A model generated the notes under the pieces. That model was not told where the DNA came from, searched no databases, and saw only the letters and a program-made list of their open reading frames with translations. Shown one piece after another: positions 1-9,726 of a stretch of 64,000 nucleotides of DNA; the first letter of the stretch is position 1, and every line of letters begins with the position of its first letter. This DNA comes from Candidatus Obscuribacterales bacterium. Its GTDB lineage: Bacteria > Cyanobacteriota > Vampirovibrionia > Obscuribacterales > Obscuribacteraceae. The position numbers were made by a program, and so were the translations under genes. Location of the stretch: positions 864,001 through 928,000 of the forward strand of contig CBDDIJ010000003.1 of assembly GCA_965228855.1 (NCBI GenBank), given 5' to 3'.

Positions 1-96
1 CTATGGTGTCACAAACTATCTTAGCATCAGGAACTAGCTTGCCAGTAGTTTATACTCTGCAAATGATTTTGTTTCAGGTTTTCCCAAGGAACCATC

Positions 97-1725
97 GTGA
101 GTGTATTGATGAATAAACGAAGAAAGCGGGCTACTGCAATTCTGCTCGCTGCTGGATTACTTGCGGGCGTAAACACGGGTTGTTTTGCCGCTGGCCAAAC
201 TACATCTGTTCAAGGCAAGTCAAAACTGAACTCGAACAGCGAAAAGCACGTGAAGGTCAATGCCGGTTCCGGTTATTTAGAGGTGGCAATTGACACAGTT
301 GAGTTGATGGCACAGAAGGCGATCGATGATAAGACTGTCGTTGGAATGGCTGTCGCGGTGGTCAAGGACGATAAGGTCGTTTATTCCAAAGGGTTTGGCC
401 TCCGTGAGGCCGGCAAGGATGCGAAAGTGGATGGCGATACTGTTTTTCAACTGGCGTCGGTTTCAAAACCGATTAGTTCCACCGTGGTTGCGGTGCTAGT
501 CGGTGAAGGCAAAATCAACTGGGACTCGAAGATTTCAGATCTCGATGCGGGTTTTGAAATGTCTGAACCCTGGGTGACAAGGGAGATCACGCTGCGTGAT
601 TTGTACGCTCATCGTAGTGGGTGGCCGGAACATGCGGGTGATTTGTTGGAAGATATTGGATACAATCGCGAACAAGTGTTGCACCGTATGCGGTATCAAG
701 AGCCTGAAGCGAGTTTTCGCTCGCATTATGCCTACACCAATTTTGGTATCACGGAAGCCGCCGTTGCGGCCGCAAAAGCTTATGATACGACGTGGGAAAA
801 GGCATCTGAGGAGCGCCTATACAAGCCGTTGAAGATGAACTCGACGAGCTCCAGGTACAGCGATTTTGAGGGACGACCTAACAGAGCGCTGAATCACGTT
901 TCCATTAACGGAAATTGGGCGCATAAGTTTCAACGCCAACCTGATGCTCAGTCTCCGGCAGGTGGTGTGAGTTCGTCCGTTAACGACCTGGCGCAGTGGG
1001 TTCGCTTACAAATGGGTAAGGGCAAGGTTGATGGTGTGCAGGTTGTAGACGCTGCCGCATTGGCTGAAACGCATAAGCCTCATATGATGACGTCCTACAG
1101 TCCGTTGAATAATTTGCCCTGCTTCTACGGGCTGGGTATGAATGTCAACTATGACGAAAAGGCGCGTTTGCGCCTAAGTCATTCGGGCGCGTTCGCGATG
1201 GGGGCGGCGACAAATGTTTCCATGGCGCCTGAGCAGCAAGTGGGAATTGTAGTCTTGACCAATTGCTACCCAATTGGCTTCGCCGAGGCAGTTGGAAGCA
1301 CATTTATGGATGTGGCACTGGATGGCAAATCGAGCCGCGATTGGGTCGCTCTATACAAGAAAGTATTCGCGGACCCGACAACTCTGGGATTGAATCCGGA
1401 CGCGACTGATTATGGGAAGCCGCCGGCAAATGCGGTGGCGCCCATGGCTAACGACGCTTACGTTGGTACGTTTGCGAACGAGTTTTTCGGTGACGTTTCT
1501 GTTGCTACTAAGGACGGTGCTCTCGTAGTTAGGCTTGGTCCGAATGAGAGCGAACGGGCTCTGAAGCACTTCAATCGCGACGTCTTTTCTTTTGAAACCT
1601 TTGGAGAGAACGCGTCCGGTTGGACTGGTGTAACATTCACGGTGGGCGCCGATGGCAAAGCCAGTTCAGTTCAAATTGAAGCGCTGGATATTCACGGTCA
1701 GGGGAAGTTCAATCGCAAGAAATGA
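97..1725 (+). CDS. Secreted serine hydrolase (beta-lactamase class C / AmpC-like) with C-terminal DUF3471-like domain
   Basis: Signal-peptide-like N-terminus; F.LASVSK (SxxK), YTN (YxN) and HSG motifs. Start may be the ATG at 109. Confidence 0.88.
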   Translation: MSVLMNKRRKRATAILLAAGLLAGVNTGCFAAGQTTSVQGKSKLNSNSEKHVKVNAGSGYLEVAIDTVELMAQKAIDDKTVVGMAVAVVKDDKVVYSKGFGLREAGKDAKVDGDTVFQLASVSKPISSTVVAVLVGEGKINWDSKISDLDAGFEMSEPWVTREITLRDLYAHRSGWPEHAGDLLEDIGYNREQVLHRMRYQEPEASFRSHYAYTNFGITEAAVAAAKAYDTTWEKASEERLYKPLKMNSTSSRYSDFEGRPNRALNHVSINGNWAHKFQRQPDAQSPAGGVSSSVNDLAQWVRLQMGKGKVDGVQVVDAAALAETHKPHMMTSYSPLNNLPCFYGLGMNVNYDEKARLRLSHSGAFAMGAATNVSMAPEQQVGIVVLTNCYPIGFAEAVGSTFMDVALDGKSSRDWVALYKKVFADPTTLGLNPDATDYGKPPANAVAPMANDAYVGTFANEFFGDVSVATKDGALVVRLGPNESERALKHFNRDVFSFETFGENASGWTGVTFTVGADGKASSVQIEALDIHGQGKFNRKK

Positions 1726-1758
1726 GTAATAGAAGTTAGCCCTCGCGCTAATAGATGA

Positions 1759-2850
1759 ATGGAGGGCGACTTCGTGGATGGGCTGTTAGAAAAACTTGCA
1801 ATTCGCTTGCCGATTGTTCAAGCTCCTATGGCTGGTGTCTCTACGCCGGAAATGGCGGCGGCTGTTTCAAACGCGGGCGGTTTAGGTTCTATTGGAATAG
1901 GAGCGCAAACCGCAGCCCAGGCGCATGACACCATAGCAGCTACCCAAAAATTGACGTCCAACTCAATAAATGTGAACGTGTTTTGCCACCAACCGGCTTC
2001 TTCGGATTCTAGTCGCGAATCTGCATGGTTGGCTTATCTTGCCCCGTTTTTCGAGAGGTTTAATGCTCAGCCCCCTGCTCGATTGACCGAGATTTACAAA
2101 AGCTTTCTTGTTGATGATGACATGCTAAGTGTCTTGTGTGAGTTGCGTCCCAGAGTAGTTAGCTTTCACTTTGGCTTGCCTGAGCAAAGCCGAATAGAGA
2201 AGTTGCAGGAGAATGGAATCGTACTGCTTGCGACAGTTACCAACCTGGTGGAGGCGCTTGAAGCGCAGGAAGTTGGCGTTGATGCAGTTGTTGCTCAAGG
2301 CTTCGAAGCTGGTGGACATCGAGGTGTGTTTGATCCGGATGCAATCGATGATCAGATGGGTACCCTTGCATTGACTCGCTGGCTAGTTGCCAATCTGGAT
2401 GTGCCCGTAATTTCGGCAGGCGGTATCATGGATGGTGCTGGCATTGTGGCTTGTTTAAATCTTGGCGCTGCCGCTGCGCAACTTGGTACTGCATTCGTAG
2501 CTTGTCCTGAATCTGCTGCCGATGATTTTTACAAGGGGGCACTCTGTTCGGAAGCCGCGATGCATACAACGATGACTCGCGCGATCTCTGGAAGACCGGC
2601 GCGATGTCTAGCGAATGTTTTCACCGCGATAGGAAAGGAAACGGTTTCTTCCTCGATACCGGACTATCCGATTGCCTATGATGCAGGGAAGGCGTTAAAT
2701 GCCGCAGCAAAGAAAGCTGGCGAAGGCGGATACGGAGCGCAGTGGGCTGGGCAGGGAGCGCCTCTATCGCGCCCGCTCCCAGCGTCCGAGTTGATTGCGT
2801 TATTGGAAAGTGAGATGAATGACGTGCTCAAGCTCCAGTCCAGCATTTAG
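1759..2850 (+). CDS. Nitronate monooxygenase family flavoprotein
   Basis: PIVQAPMAG, VVSFHFG, QGFEAGGHRG, AGGIMDG, AQLGTAF and WAGQ motifs. Confidence 0.92.
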   Translation: MEGDFVDGLLEKLAIRLPIVQAPMAGVSTPEMAAAVSNAGGLGSIGIGAQTAAQAHDTIAATQKLTSNSINVNVFCHQPASSDSSRESAWLAYLAPFFERFNAQPPARLTEIYKSFLVDDDMLSVLCELRPRVVSFHFGLPEQSRIEKLQENGIVLLATVTNLVEALEAQEVGVDAVVAQGFEAGGHRGVFDPDAIDDQMGTLALTRWLVANLDVPVISAGGIMDGAGIVACLNLGAAAAQLGTAFVACPESAADDFYKGALCSEAAMHTTMTRAISGRPARCLANVFTAIGKETVSSSIPDYPIAYDAGKALNAAAKKAGEGGYGAQWAGQGAPLSRPLPASELIALLESEMNDVLKLQSSI

Positions 2851-2982
2851 CTCTCGATTGCGGTTTTTCTGGCGATGGTTTGGTTTTGAAATCGCCTAAA
2901 TATGGTTCAATCTATTAGTAGGCAGCGTTTCAGTTACAAGCTGCCTGGAAGCAGACGGTAGTTGGTTCAGACGTAACGGCTC

Positions 2983-4323
2983 ATGATTACGTGGGATTCC
3001 GGAAAGGTATTTCGTAAGCGAAGCACTGTGGTGGTGGTCGCTCTCTGCGGCGCGATTCTAAACAGCCAGGGCGCTTTCGCAATCGATGATAAGGATTTGC
3101 CCTCTTTCTTAAGACCGACCAAGACTGAAGAAAATGAGAGTGCAAAGGCTGACGAGATGTCTGATGCGCCGGAGGAGAAACCTTCAGAGAGGCGCGGAAA
3201 GAAAAGAAAGCGACTAAAGTCGGAAGACTCCCATGCTGAGCGGTCTTCCAGGAAAACAGGAGAGCCTATCGAGTCCGGTTCCGGTAGCGCGGAAGATGTT
3301 TCATCCGATAGAAATGGCTACGAGTCTGAGTTAGGGGCGGCATCACGGCCCGTAATGACTGCTGATCCGATTGAGACCGCGGCTGCCGGATCATCATCGA
3401 GACCGCCTTTGCAGGGTTCCGCTGAGGTGATGGAGGTAATTCTGGATGAACAACCTCTCTTCAAAGAAGCTCGTGCCTCAATCGAAAAGGAGGATTACGG
3501 CAGGGCGATTGGATATTTGCAGCAACTGGAAGCGCAGTTCGGCGAGGGCTACGAGCCGCTCAAAGCGGAGTGCATGTACTACGAAGCCGGCTGCCATCAG
3601 AAACTAAGCCGCCAGAATGCAGCAATGGACACGTATCATAAGGCGTTCGAATTGTTCGAAAAATATGACTCGTCCAATCCATTGAAGGGTAAAGCCTGGA
3701 ATGATTATTTTCGCTTGAAGCATCCGACAAAGCTCCAGGGAAATGTCGCAGAACAGGCTCCTTTAGGTATTTTGATGCCGCAGCGGGCGCAAATTGCAAT
3801 CGATCCGAACGCTGTCTTGGAAGTTAGGGACAATAATCGCGATATTCCTGTGCTCGCTGTGAATGATAAGGCGGTTCTACCGCTAATCGTCAAAGAATGC
3901 TTTTCGGACATGAATTGTTTGGAAACCGCTGAAATCGGTTCAAACGTAACCAACGCAACGCAGCGCTGGATGCCGCTCATGGTCTACGGTAAAGCAGCAG
4001 CGTTCGGCATGAATAGTTCTGGTACGGGACATCCCGCGTTCAAAGCCAAGGTGAACGGCCGCATGTACACGTTTGATGTCGTCCTCCCGAATATGGGGCA
4101 AGGCCTGCGAAAAATTTTGCTTGTGACGAACATGGAGAAGATATGCGCTGTCGATGTCGATTCTTTTGATACCTGGCTTTTGCGGATGACAAAGGCCAAG
4201 GATGGCAGAATTTTGACGGCTCGCTGGTTTAAGCTGACGCATATTAAACCGCATGTGCCTGTCGTTTCCCCTGCCGCGAATCCGCAGCAGCTCCTTCATC
4301 CCAATAGCAAAAGAAACTGGTGA
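2983..4323 (+). CDS. Hypothetical exported protein with charged linker, TPR-like helices and an unassigned C-terminal domain
   Basis: Signal peptide ending in AFA; charged low-complexity region; TPR-like pattern (YYEAGCHQKL...AMDTYHKAFEL). Confidence 0.65.
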   Translation: MITWDSGKVFRKRSTVVVVALCGAILNSQGAFAIDDKDLPSFLRPTKTEENESAKADEMSDAPEEKPSERRGKKRKRLKSEDSHAERSSRKTGEPIESGSGSAEDVSSDRNGYESELGAASRPVMTADPIETAAAGSSSRPPLQGSAEVMEVILDEQPLFKEARASIEKEDYGRAIGYLQQLEAQFGEGYEPLKAECMYYEAGCHQKLSRQNAAMDTYHKAFELFEKYDSSNPLKGKAWNDYFRLKHPTKLQGNVAEQAPLGILMPQRAQIAIDPNAVLEVRDNNRDIPVLAVNDKAVLPLIVKECFSDMNCLETAEIGSNVTNATQRWMPLMVYGKAAAFGMNSSGTGHPAFKAKVNGRMYTFDVVLPNMGQGLRKILLVTNMEKICAVDVDSFDTWLLRMTKAKDGRILTARWFKLTHIKPHVPVVSPAANPQQLLHPNSKRNW

Positions 4324-4342
4324 GGGTTTTCCGTCCAAATGT

Positions 4343-4376
4343 ATGAAAGGACAGTCCTTCGACCGTCCTTTCATTT
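4343..4376. terminator. Intrinsic terminator between convergent genes
   Basis: ATGAAAGGAC...GTCCTTTCAT inverted repeat followed by TT. Confidence 0.7.
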
Positions 4377-4464
4377 ATCGCGTGGTGCTAAGGTCGCGAT
4401 TTAACCTGTGCGCTTAATCACTGGGGTATGATTTATGAGCGCGTGCGAAGTGTTCGATTACCGG

Positions 4465-7329
4465 TCAAAGCCCGCCTCCGAGACCTCCATAGTTGTTTAT
4501 GATGAATGTTCCGACTAGGTGAGCGGCGATTGGTGCCACCAGAATTAGTATCGCTGCTTTCGCGAGGCGTTGGTTGCTGAGCGGTTTTTTCCCGTTTACA
4601 AAGAGAAATCCGACGATGCAAGCAATAACAAATGTCAGAGCGGTCGCAAACCGAGAGATATCACGGGCGGTATCATAGCCGAAATCCGCAATCTGACCGA
4701 TTTCGTTAGTCTGTCCATAGCGTGGATCGACGGGAGCCCCTACCAATCCTCCTCCTCCAAGTGTCTGCGGATGGACGTAGCTAAAGACCTTTTGTCGATT
4801 CAACTCGAATTCTCTTTGTTGTTTATCGTTTTCGAAAACGATGGCTCCTGTCGCTGGGGTCACGATGCGGTAGGTTGAGGCCAATGCTATTGCTGTGCCG
4901 TCTTCATCCTGATTGATTAGTCTCGACACTTCGTCACGTGCCCACAGCGCTGTAATTTGATTGGCAATCGTTGGATCTGCAATTAGAGTCTGAGGTTGTG
5001 CGGTCGTAACTGAACGCTGCAACACCATCGAAGAAGTTCCTCTATCTAAGCGGGAAATGAAAGTCGTCAGTTCCTTTCCGCTATGCACTGTGACTGATTC
5101 GATTGTTAGTTGATTCGAAACATCATCATTGTCGATCGAGTCGAGGAGTGCGTTTGGCTCTTTGATTGCGTTGTGGTTGACATCACGTTCCGACCTGGCA
5201 GGCGACATGCGCAAATCATACAGTCGGACGGGGTTGACTAGATCAAGTGCCTGTTTCTCCTGCGCACCGTAGGACATAGCCTGCGGACCGTGAATCCATA
5301 CGACGGCGCTGGCTGGCTTCTCTGCCGCTACCTCAAGAGCTTCTCTAAGTTGATTTCGGTTGTCCTGACCTCCGATGAATGCGTCCTCCGTGAGTTGAGC
5401 TAACGCTTGGTGTCGCGATTTGGGGACAATCTCTATTGTGTCTTGGTCTTTCTTGCTTTGTTCATGAACCAAATAAACTTTTGGATTCAGTTTCTGAGGA
5501 ATGCTGCTGAGGAGCTGCTTTATTGGCTCTATATCGGACTTGAGTGCGTCAGACATGTCGATAACTATTGACAAATTGCGGACTGCGCCGGCTGAGACCT
5601 TCTGGATCTGTTGCACTATGTATCTTTTACTTGGGGCGGTTACGTCCGGAACGGTCACCACCTGTGGTGCATCAGGGCGTCTCACTTTTATCGACTTCAT
5701 GCCCTTCAAGTTATCGTTAATCTTCAAAATTCCATTGAGTACATAATGGTTCGATTGCTTGGAACAGGTGACTCCCGGAATTTCTTCTGCAAGCATCTCT
5801 CCTGATTGCAGCGTGAAACGGTGGCGCTTTGGCTGAGAGAAATTGCTGCTCACGATGCGAGGTAAGCGCATGCTAGCTGCGTTCGCTTCAGTTGTCGTCA
5901 GGGGAAGTTTGAAACCAATCCTGATTTTCATATCTCGACCTTCGCCAGGAACCGGGAAACAGCGAACCAGAATTTTATCCTCTGCCAACATTTTGACAAG
6001 AAGTGAATCGCGTCGTGTGTTTACAATGTCCTCGGAAGCAGCCGTGGTCCGTCCAGCCGAGGCGAAAATTGCTTCTCGTTGTTTACCGTCCACCCATAGT
6101 GTCGCCTGCGATACCACGGCACCAGGAGGAAGTTCTAATTCAGCGCGTGCCTCTTGCTCGGTACCGGTTGCGTTGTGAAGAACAAGCGTCCAGCTCAAGT
6201 CTCCCGAGAGGCTTGCGGGATTCATATTTCCGGTCAACTGGGATTTCGCCAGCGCCAAGCCACTGATTTCGCTTCCGACATATTGATTGTAAGGCTGTGC
6301 ACTGTCCTCAAAGCGCGAGAGCTTGAATGGTTTACCTGTAACTCTAAAGTATAAGTTGCGGTCCAAATCTGTTGCCGCATCGAATCCGCGGTTGGGAAGC
6401 AGCATCTCTGCAAGTGCGAAACCGCTTGTGGGACTTGATGATGGACGGAGATCTTCATCGGTAGCTAATTTGCGTAAGCTCGCGATCGCTTCGATTTGTT
6501 TTTCTGTAGAACCGTTTTTCGCGTCGGACACTAGCGATTGAACATAAATTGATCGCCCCATCGGCGTGAGGACAAACAGCAGCGCAAGTAGTCCACCAAG
6601 AATCGAAAAGGTTGTTGTGATGCGGCTTATATTTGTTTCGGTTTTTCTCCAGAGTTCGATGTTTAGACAAGTGGCGGCAAATAGCAGGGCTGGGGATGCG
6701 CAAAGAAGCAGCATCCATCCTAATTTGCAGGATGGAGCGCCTGTCGTAACGAACATAGACGCTATCCAGATTAGTGTCCACGAAGCTGAGAGCCCGAGCG
6801 CGAGACCGTTCATAAGCCCGACCACGCGCGGATGCGCGATGTAGCGTTTTCGGACAGAACTCCAAACTGCAAAATTAAAGAATGGAACAATCAATAGAAG
6901 CAGCAACTTCCCCACAAGTTCAACCATGTTGCCTGGAGGCGAGGTTGCTAGAGAGAAAACGCCATAGCTCAGAAGACTGATGCCAGGAATAATAACGCCA
7001 AGCGTAAGAACAAAAACGCCTTCGAAAGGAGGGGCGAATGCATCATATTCTTTGTTCGCTCGGAATAAGAAACGCTCGGCAATTACGTGAAATGCGACAG
7101 CCAAAGCTGACAAGATCGTAAATGCTGCGAGAAAAATAACTGGTGTTTTCAGCAAACACACTGAGGTTGCGAAAAATATCGCGATAATTGAAAGGTACAG
7201 TGACGGCTCTTTGAAAATAGTTTGCTTGCCGCCTTCGTAGCCACTGATCTTGATTTCCGTGATTTCTAGATTCTCTGATGCTTCAGACGGGGTGTCAGGC
7301 TCTGATGGCTTGTCTATTGTGGTGGTCAT
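4465..7329 (-). CDS. Polytopic membrane protein with VIT domain, degenerate vWA region and C-terminal TM hairpin
   Basis: About 8 N-terminal hydrophobic segments; VIT-like EQEARAELELPPGAVVSQATLWVDG...RCFPVP; GGQDN; IVTPATGAIVFE. ATG at 7329 has a GGAGG RBS. Confidence 0.75.
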   Translation of the reverse strand: MTTTIDKPSEPDTPSEASENLEITEIKISGYEGGKQTIFKEPSLYLSIIAIFFATSVCLLKTPVIFLAAFTILSALAVAFHVIAERFLFRANKEYDAFAPPFEGVFVLTLGVIIPGISLLSYGVFSLATSPPGNMVELVGKLLLLLIVPFFNFAVWSSVRKRYIAHPRVVGLMNGLALGLSASWTLIWIASMFVTTGAPSCKLGWMLLLCASPALLFAATCLNIELWRKTETNISRITTTFSILGGLLALLFVLTPMGRSIYVQSLVSDAKNGSTEKQIEAIASLRKLATDEDLRPSSSPTSGFALAEMLLPNRGFDAATDLDRNLYFRVTGKPFKLSRFEDSAQPYNQYVGSEISGLALAKSQLTGNMNPASLSGDLSWTLVLHNATGTEQEARAELELPPGAVVSQATLWVDGKQREAIFASAGRTTAASEDIVNTRRDSLLVKMLAEDKILVRCFPVPGEGRDMKIRIGFKLPLTTTEANAASMRLPRIVSSNFSQPKRHRFTLQSGEMLAEEIPGVTCSKQSNHYVLNGILKINDNLKGMKSIKVRRPDAPQVVTVPDVTAPSKRYIVQQIQKVSAGAVRNLSIVIDMSDALKSDIEPIKQLLSSIPQKLNPKVYLVHEQSKKDQDTIEIVPKSRHQALAQLTEDAFIGGQDNRNQLREALEVAAEKPASAVVWIHGPQAMSYGAQEKQALDLVNPVRLYDLRMSPARSERDVNHNAIKEPNALLDSIDNDDVSNQLTIESVTVHSGKELTTFISRLDRGTSSMVLQRSVTTAQPQTLIADPTIANQITALWARDEVSRLINQDEDGTAIALASTYRIVTPATGAIVFENDKQQREFELNRQKVFSYVHPQTLGGGGLVGAPVDPRYGQTNEIGQIADFGYDTARDISRFATALTFVIACIVGFLFVNGKKPLSNQRLAKAAILILVAPIAAHLVGTFIINNYGGLGGGL

Positions 7330-7559
7330 TGAATATCCTCCAAATCGGAGTGAGAAACGAGGGCGCGAGTATGCCAACGCTCGATCATTTTGAGATCGGG
7401 CAAAAGCCGCACTTAGAGCTAATCTCTAAGCGTCAAATTTGAGGTGGGTGTTTGCATTATGAGTCCTGGAGGCATGTCTCGCAAGTCCGCCGCTGCGAGC
7501 CTAGTCGTATAACCCGCATGGCCAGAGAGGTTTTGCGAAGTCTATTCGCGCCTTGACGC

Positions 7560-7592
7560 GTGATTACACGATGGGCGTCGTCGTGTAATCAC
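7560..7592. promoter_or_regulatory. Perfect 12-bp inverted repeat in a divergent intergenic region
   Basis: GTGATTACACGA-N9-TCGTGTAATCAC. Confidence 0.5.
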
Positions 7593-7775
7593 TACTGATC
7601 GAACGTTGTTTGAATCGGACCGGAAGCGTTACGGATTTCTTGAACATGAGCACAAAATCATAAGTCGTTCAATGCCGCTGTGAACTGGCAATCGGGCTTA
7701 ACAGATCACATACCCCACACAATTTATTGATAAAGGAACGCGATCCTCTTTAATACTGCTACGCAGTTTGGTAGT

Positions 7776-9503
7776 ATGTCGAACCTCTGCTGGTTGGTGT
7801 TTTCGCAGATTAATATGTTGCAGTCTTCTAAAGCTTATACGCGTAGCAACTATCAACAGTCCGATCGGGTCGACTCTTCAAAACGGTCGGACCTGAAGCT
7901 CATGAGTTTGATTGTTGCCGTTGGCTGTTTGATGTTTTTACCGGGGCTGGGCGCGACCGGGATTTTGAACACCACCGATGCTTACTATGCGGAAGCTGCG
8001 CGGGAGATGTTGAATCGTGGCGATTTCATCACGCCCTATTTAAACTACCAGCCGTATTATTTCAAACCGATTTTGACCTACTGGGTGATAATCGCATCCT
8101 ACCTCACGTTTGGCATAAACACCTTCGCTTCGCGTCTGCCATCGGCCCTCTCCTGCATTGCAACCTCGCTTGCAATTTTCTCTCTGACCAAAGCTTTCAT
8201 TGGACGCAGAGCCGCTTTGATGGCAGCTCTTGCTCTGCTGTCTATGCCCTTAGTATCCGTGGTTGGTCATGTTTCAATTCCGGATACACCGCTACTTCTT
8301 CTCACGACGGTTTCCAGCTTGCTCTTGCTCGGCGCCCTCATACGTGGCGACAGCAAGGGTTTGATTCCAGCTTACGCATGCCTGGGTCTGGCAATGTTGA
8401 GCAAAGGACCGCTGGCGCTCGCGTTTGTTGGTGCGTGCGTGGGCGGCTTTCTCCTCGTAAGCAGCCGGTCCCTCGATCATTTTAAGCAGAGACTTCTGTC
8501 TCTTAAACCGATTCTCGCCGTTGCGGTATCGCTTCTGGTGGCACTTCCCTGGTTTGCCGCCGTGCATTTGTCATCTAACGGAGCTTTCACGCAATTCTTT
8601 TTCATTCAGCAAAACTTTGGGCGACTGTCCGGGCAGTTTCAATCGCACAATAATCCGGCATGGTTTTACATTCCCTATCTGGCTGGTGGCTTTCTGCCAT
8701 GGCTTCCAATGCTGCTCAGTGCGCCAGTAATTCTCCGCCCTCGATTCGAGAAGCGTCTGTCGGACAGCCCGCGAGTACAAATGACCGTAGCGTCGCTGTG
8801 CTGGTTGTTTGGAACGCTCGGGTTATTGCTTGTCTCGTCCTCGAAAGTCGCCCACTATTTGCTTCCAATCGCCTCTCCAATCGCAATTTTGAGCGGATTG
8901 TATTTTGACGCTGTTCTAAAACTCGGCCGACGCCGATTTGTTCTGTGGGTGGCACCGGTTATGGTGCTTGCTTGTGTCGGTAGCCTTTTCGCGTTCCCTC
9001 GCCTATTTGAAAACGAGGGGCAGTTGCAAACCCTCGCTTCAGTTTTTGTTTCTCTGCTCATAGTCGGCTACACCGCATATGGTGCGTTTATCTACAAATC
9101 TCAAATGCGGCTTGGCGTGGCTCTTTTGTTTGCCTGGAGTTTGCTCGACTGTGGATTGTTGGTGCCGGTTGCGATTCAGCAGACCTACCGCCGTGCTAAC
9201 GAAGAGTTTGTTTCTCTCGTAAAGCAAGCCAGTAAGGACAAGAATTCAGTAATTGCCGTTCGCGCGAATGACAGCGCTACCGCCGCTTTCTATGCGGGCA
9301 AGAAGATTTACGAGATTGAAGGACCGTTAGATTGCAAGAAAATTGTGGACACCACCCAGGGACCGCACTACTTTATTTTTGATGATAAGACGAATTCTCT
9401 TTTGCATCCATTTATCCCGGGGTCTCCTCGTGTAATCAGTACGGATGGTAAATGGAACTTGATCCTCGTTGAAAACGACTCAGCATCAACTTCTTCAAAC
9501 TGA
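7776..9503 (+). CDS. ArnT/PMT family (GT-C) glycosyltransferase
   Basis: D..YAEAAREML..GDFITPYLN, KPILTYW, RLPSAL, LSKGP and PAWFY motifs; many TM segments. Start codon uncertain. Confidence 0.88.
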   Translation: MSNLCWLVFSQINMLQSSKAYTRSNYQQSDRVDSSKRSDLKLMSLIVAVGCLMFLPGLGATGILNTTDAYYAEAAREMLNRGDFITPYLNYQPYYFKPILTYWVIIASYLTFGINTFASRLPSALSCIATSLAIFSLTKAFIGRRAALMAALALLSMPLVSVVGHVSIPDTPLLLLTTVSSLLLLGALIRGDSKGLIPAYACLGLAMLSKGPLALAFVGACVGGFLLVSSRSLDHFKQRLLSLKPILAVAVSLLVALPWFAAVHLSSNGAFTQFFFIQQNFGRLSGQFQSHNNPAWFYIPYLAGGFLPWLPMLLSAPVILRPRFEKRLSDSPRVQMTVASLCWLFGTLGLLLVSSSKVAHYLLPIASPIAILSGLYFDAVLKLGRRRFVLWVAPVMVLACVGSLFAFPRLFENEGQLQTLASVFVSLLIVGYTAYGAFIYKSQMRLGVALLFAWSLLDCGLLVPVAIQQTYRRANEEFVSLVKQASKDKNSVIAVRANDSATAAFYAGKKIYEIEGPLDCKKIVDTTQGPHYFIFDDKTNSLLHPFIPGSPRVISTDGKWNLILVENDSASTSSN

Positions 9504-9540
9504 CCCCTTCTCTTTGTTTTGGTTTCGTGTTTACCTTTCG

Positions 9541-9569
9541 TTGACAAAGGCGAGTTTCGCTCAGATACT
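9541..9569 (+). promoter_or_regulatory. Sigma70-type promoter of the serS leader
   Basis: TTGACA (9541-9546), 17-nt spacer, GATACT (9564-9569); predicted +1 coincides with the leader ATG at 9576. Confidence 0.75.
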
Positions 9570-9575
9570 GAGAAT

Positions 9576-9620
9576 ATGAACAAAGCAGCACATCGCAACT
9601 CGTCTTCCTCGTCCCCATAG
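9576..9620 (+). CDS. Putative serS leader peptide MNKAAHRNSSSSSP
   Basis: ATG...TCG TCT TCC TCG TCC CCA TAG: five consecutive Ser codons upstream of a terminator and serS. Confidence 0.8.
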   Translation: MNKAAHRNSSSSSP

Positions 9621-9661
9621 GACGCGGGAGTTTGTTCATCTAATTGTGTTATTGAACAAAG

Positions 9662-9692
9662 AAGCCCGCTTTAACCGAAAGCGAGGCTTTTT
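9662..9692 (+). terminator. Attenuator terminator hairpin upstream of serS
   Basis: AAGCC CGCTTT-AACCG-AAAGCG A GGCTT followed by TTT; its 5' arm can instead pair with GCGGG at 9624-9628. Confidence 0.8.
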
Positions 9693-9726
9693 GCATTGTA
9701 GTGCCTCGCGTATCATTGGAGGTACT

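Noticed and set aside
9541..9726. T-box riboswitch upstream of serS
   Set aside because: The leader is short and I see no T-box (GGTGG.ACC) motif or stem I; the leader-peptide model fits better.
9646..9726. N-terminal extension of SerS in the ORF track
   Set aside because: It overlaps the attenuator, and ATG 9727 has a GGAGG RBS.
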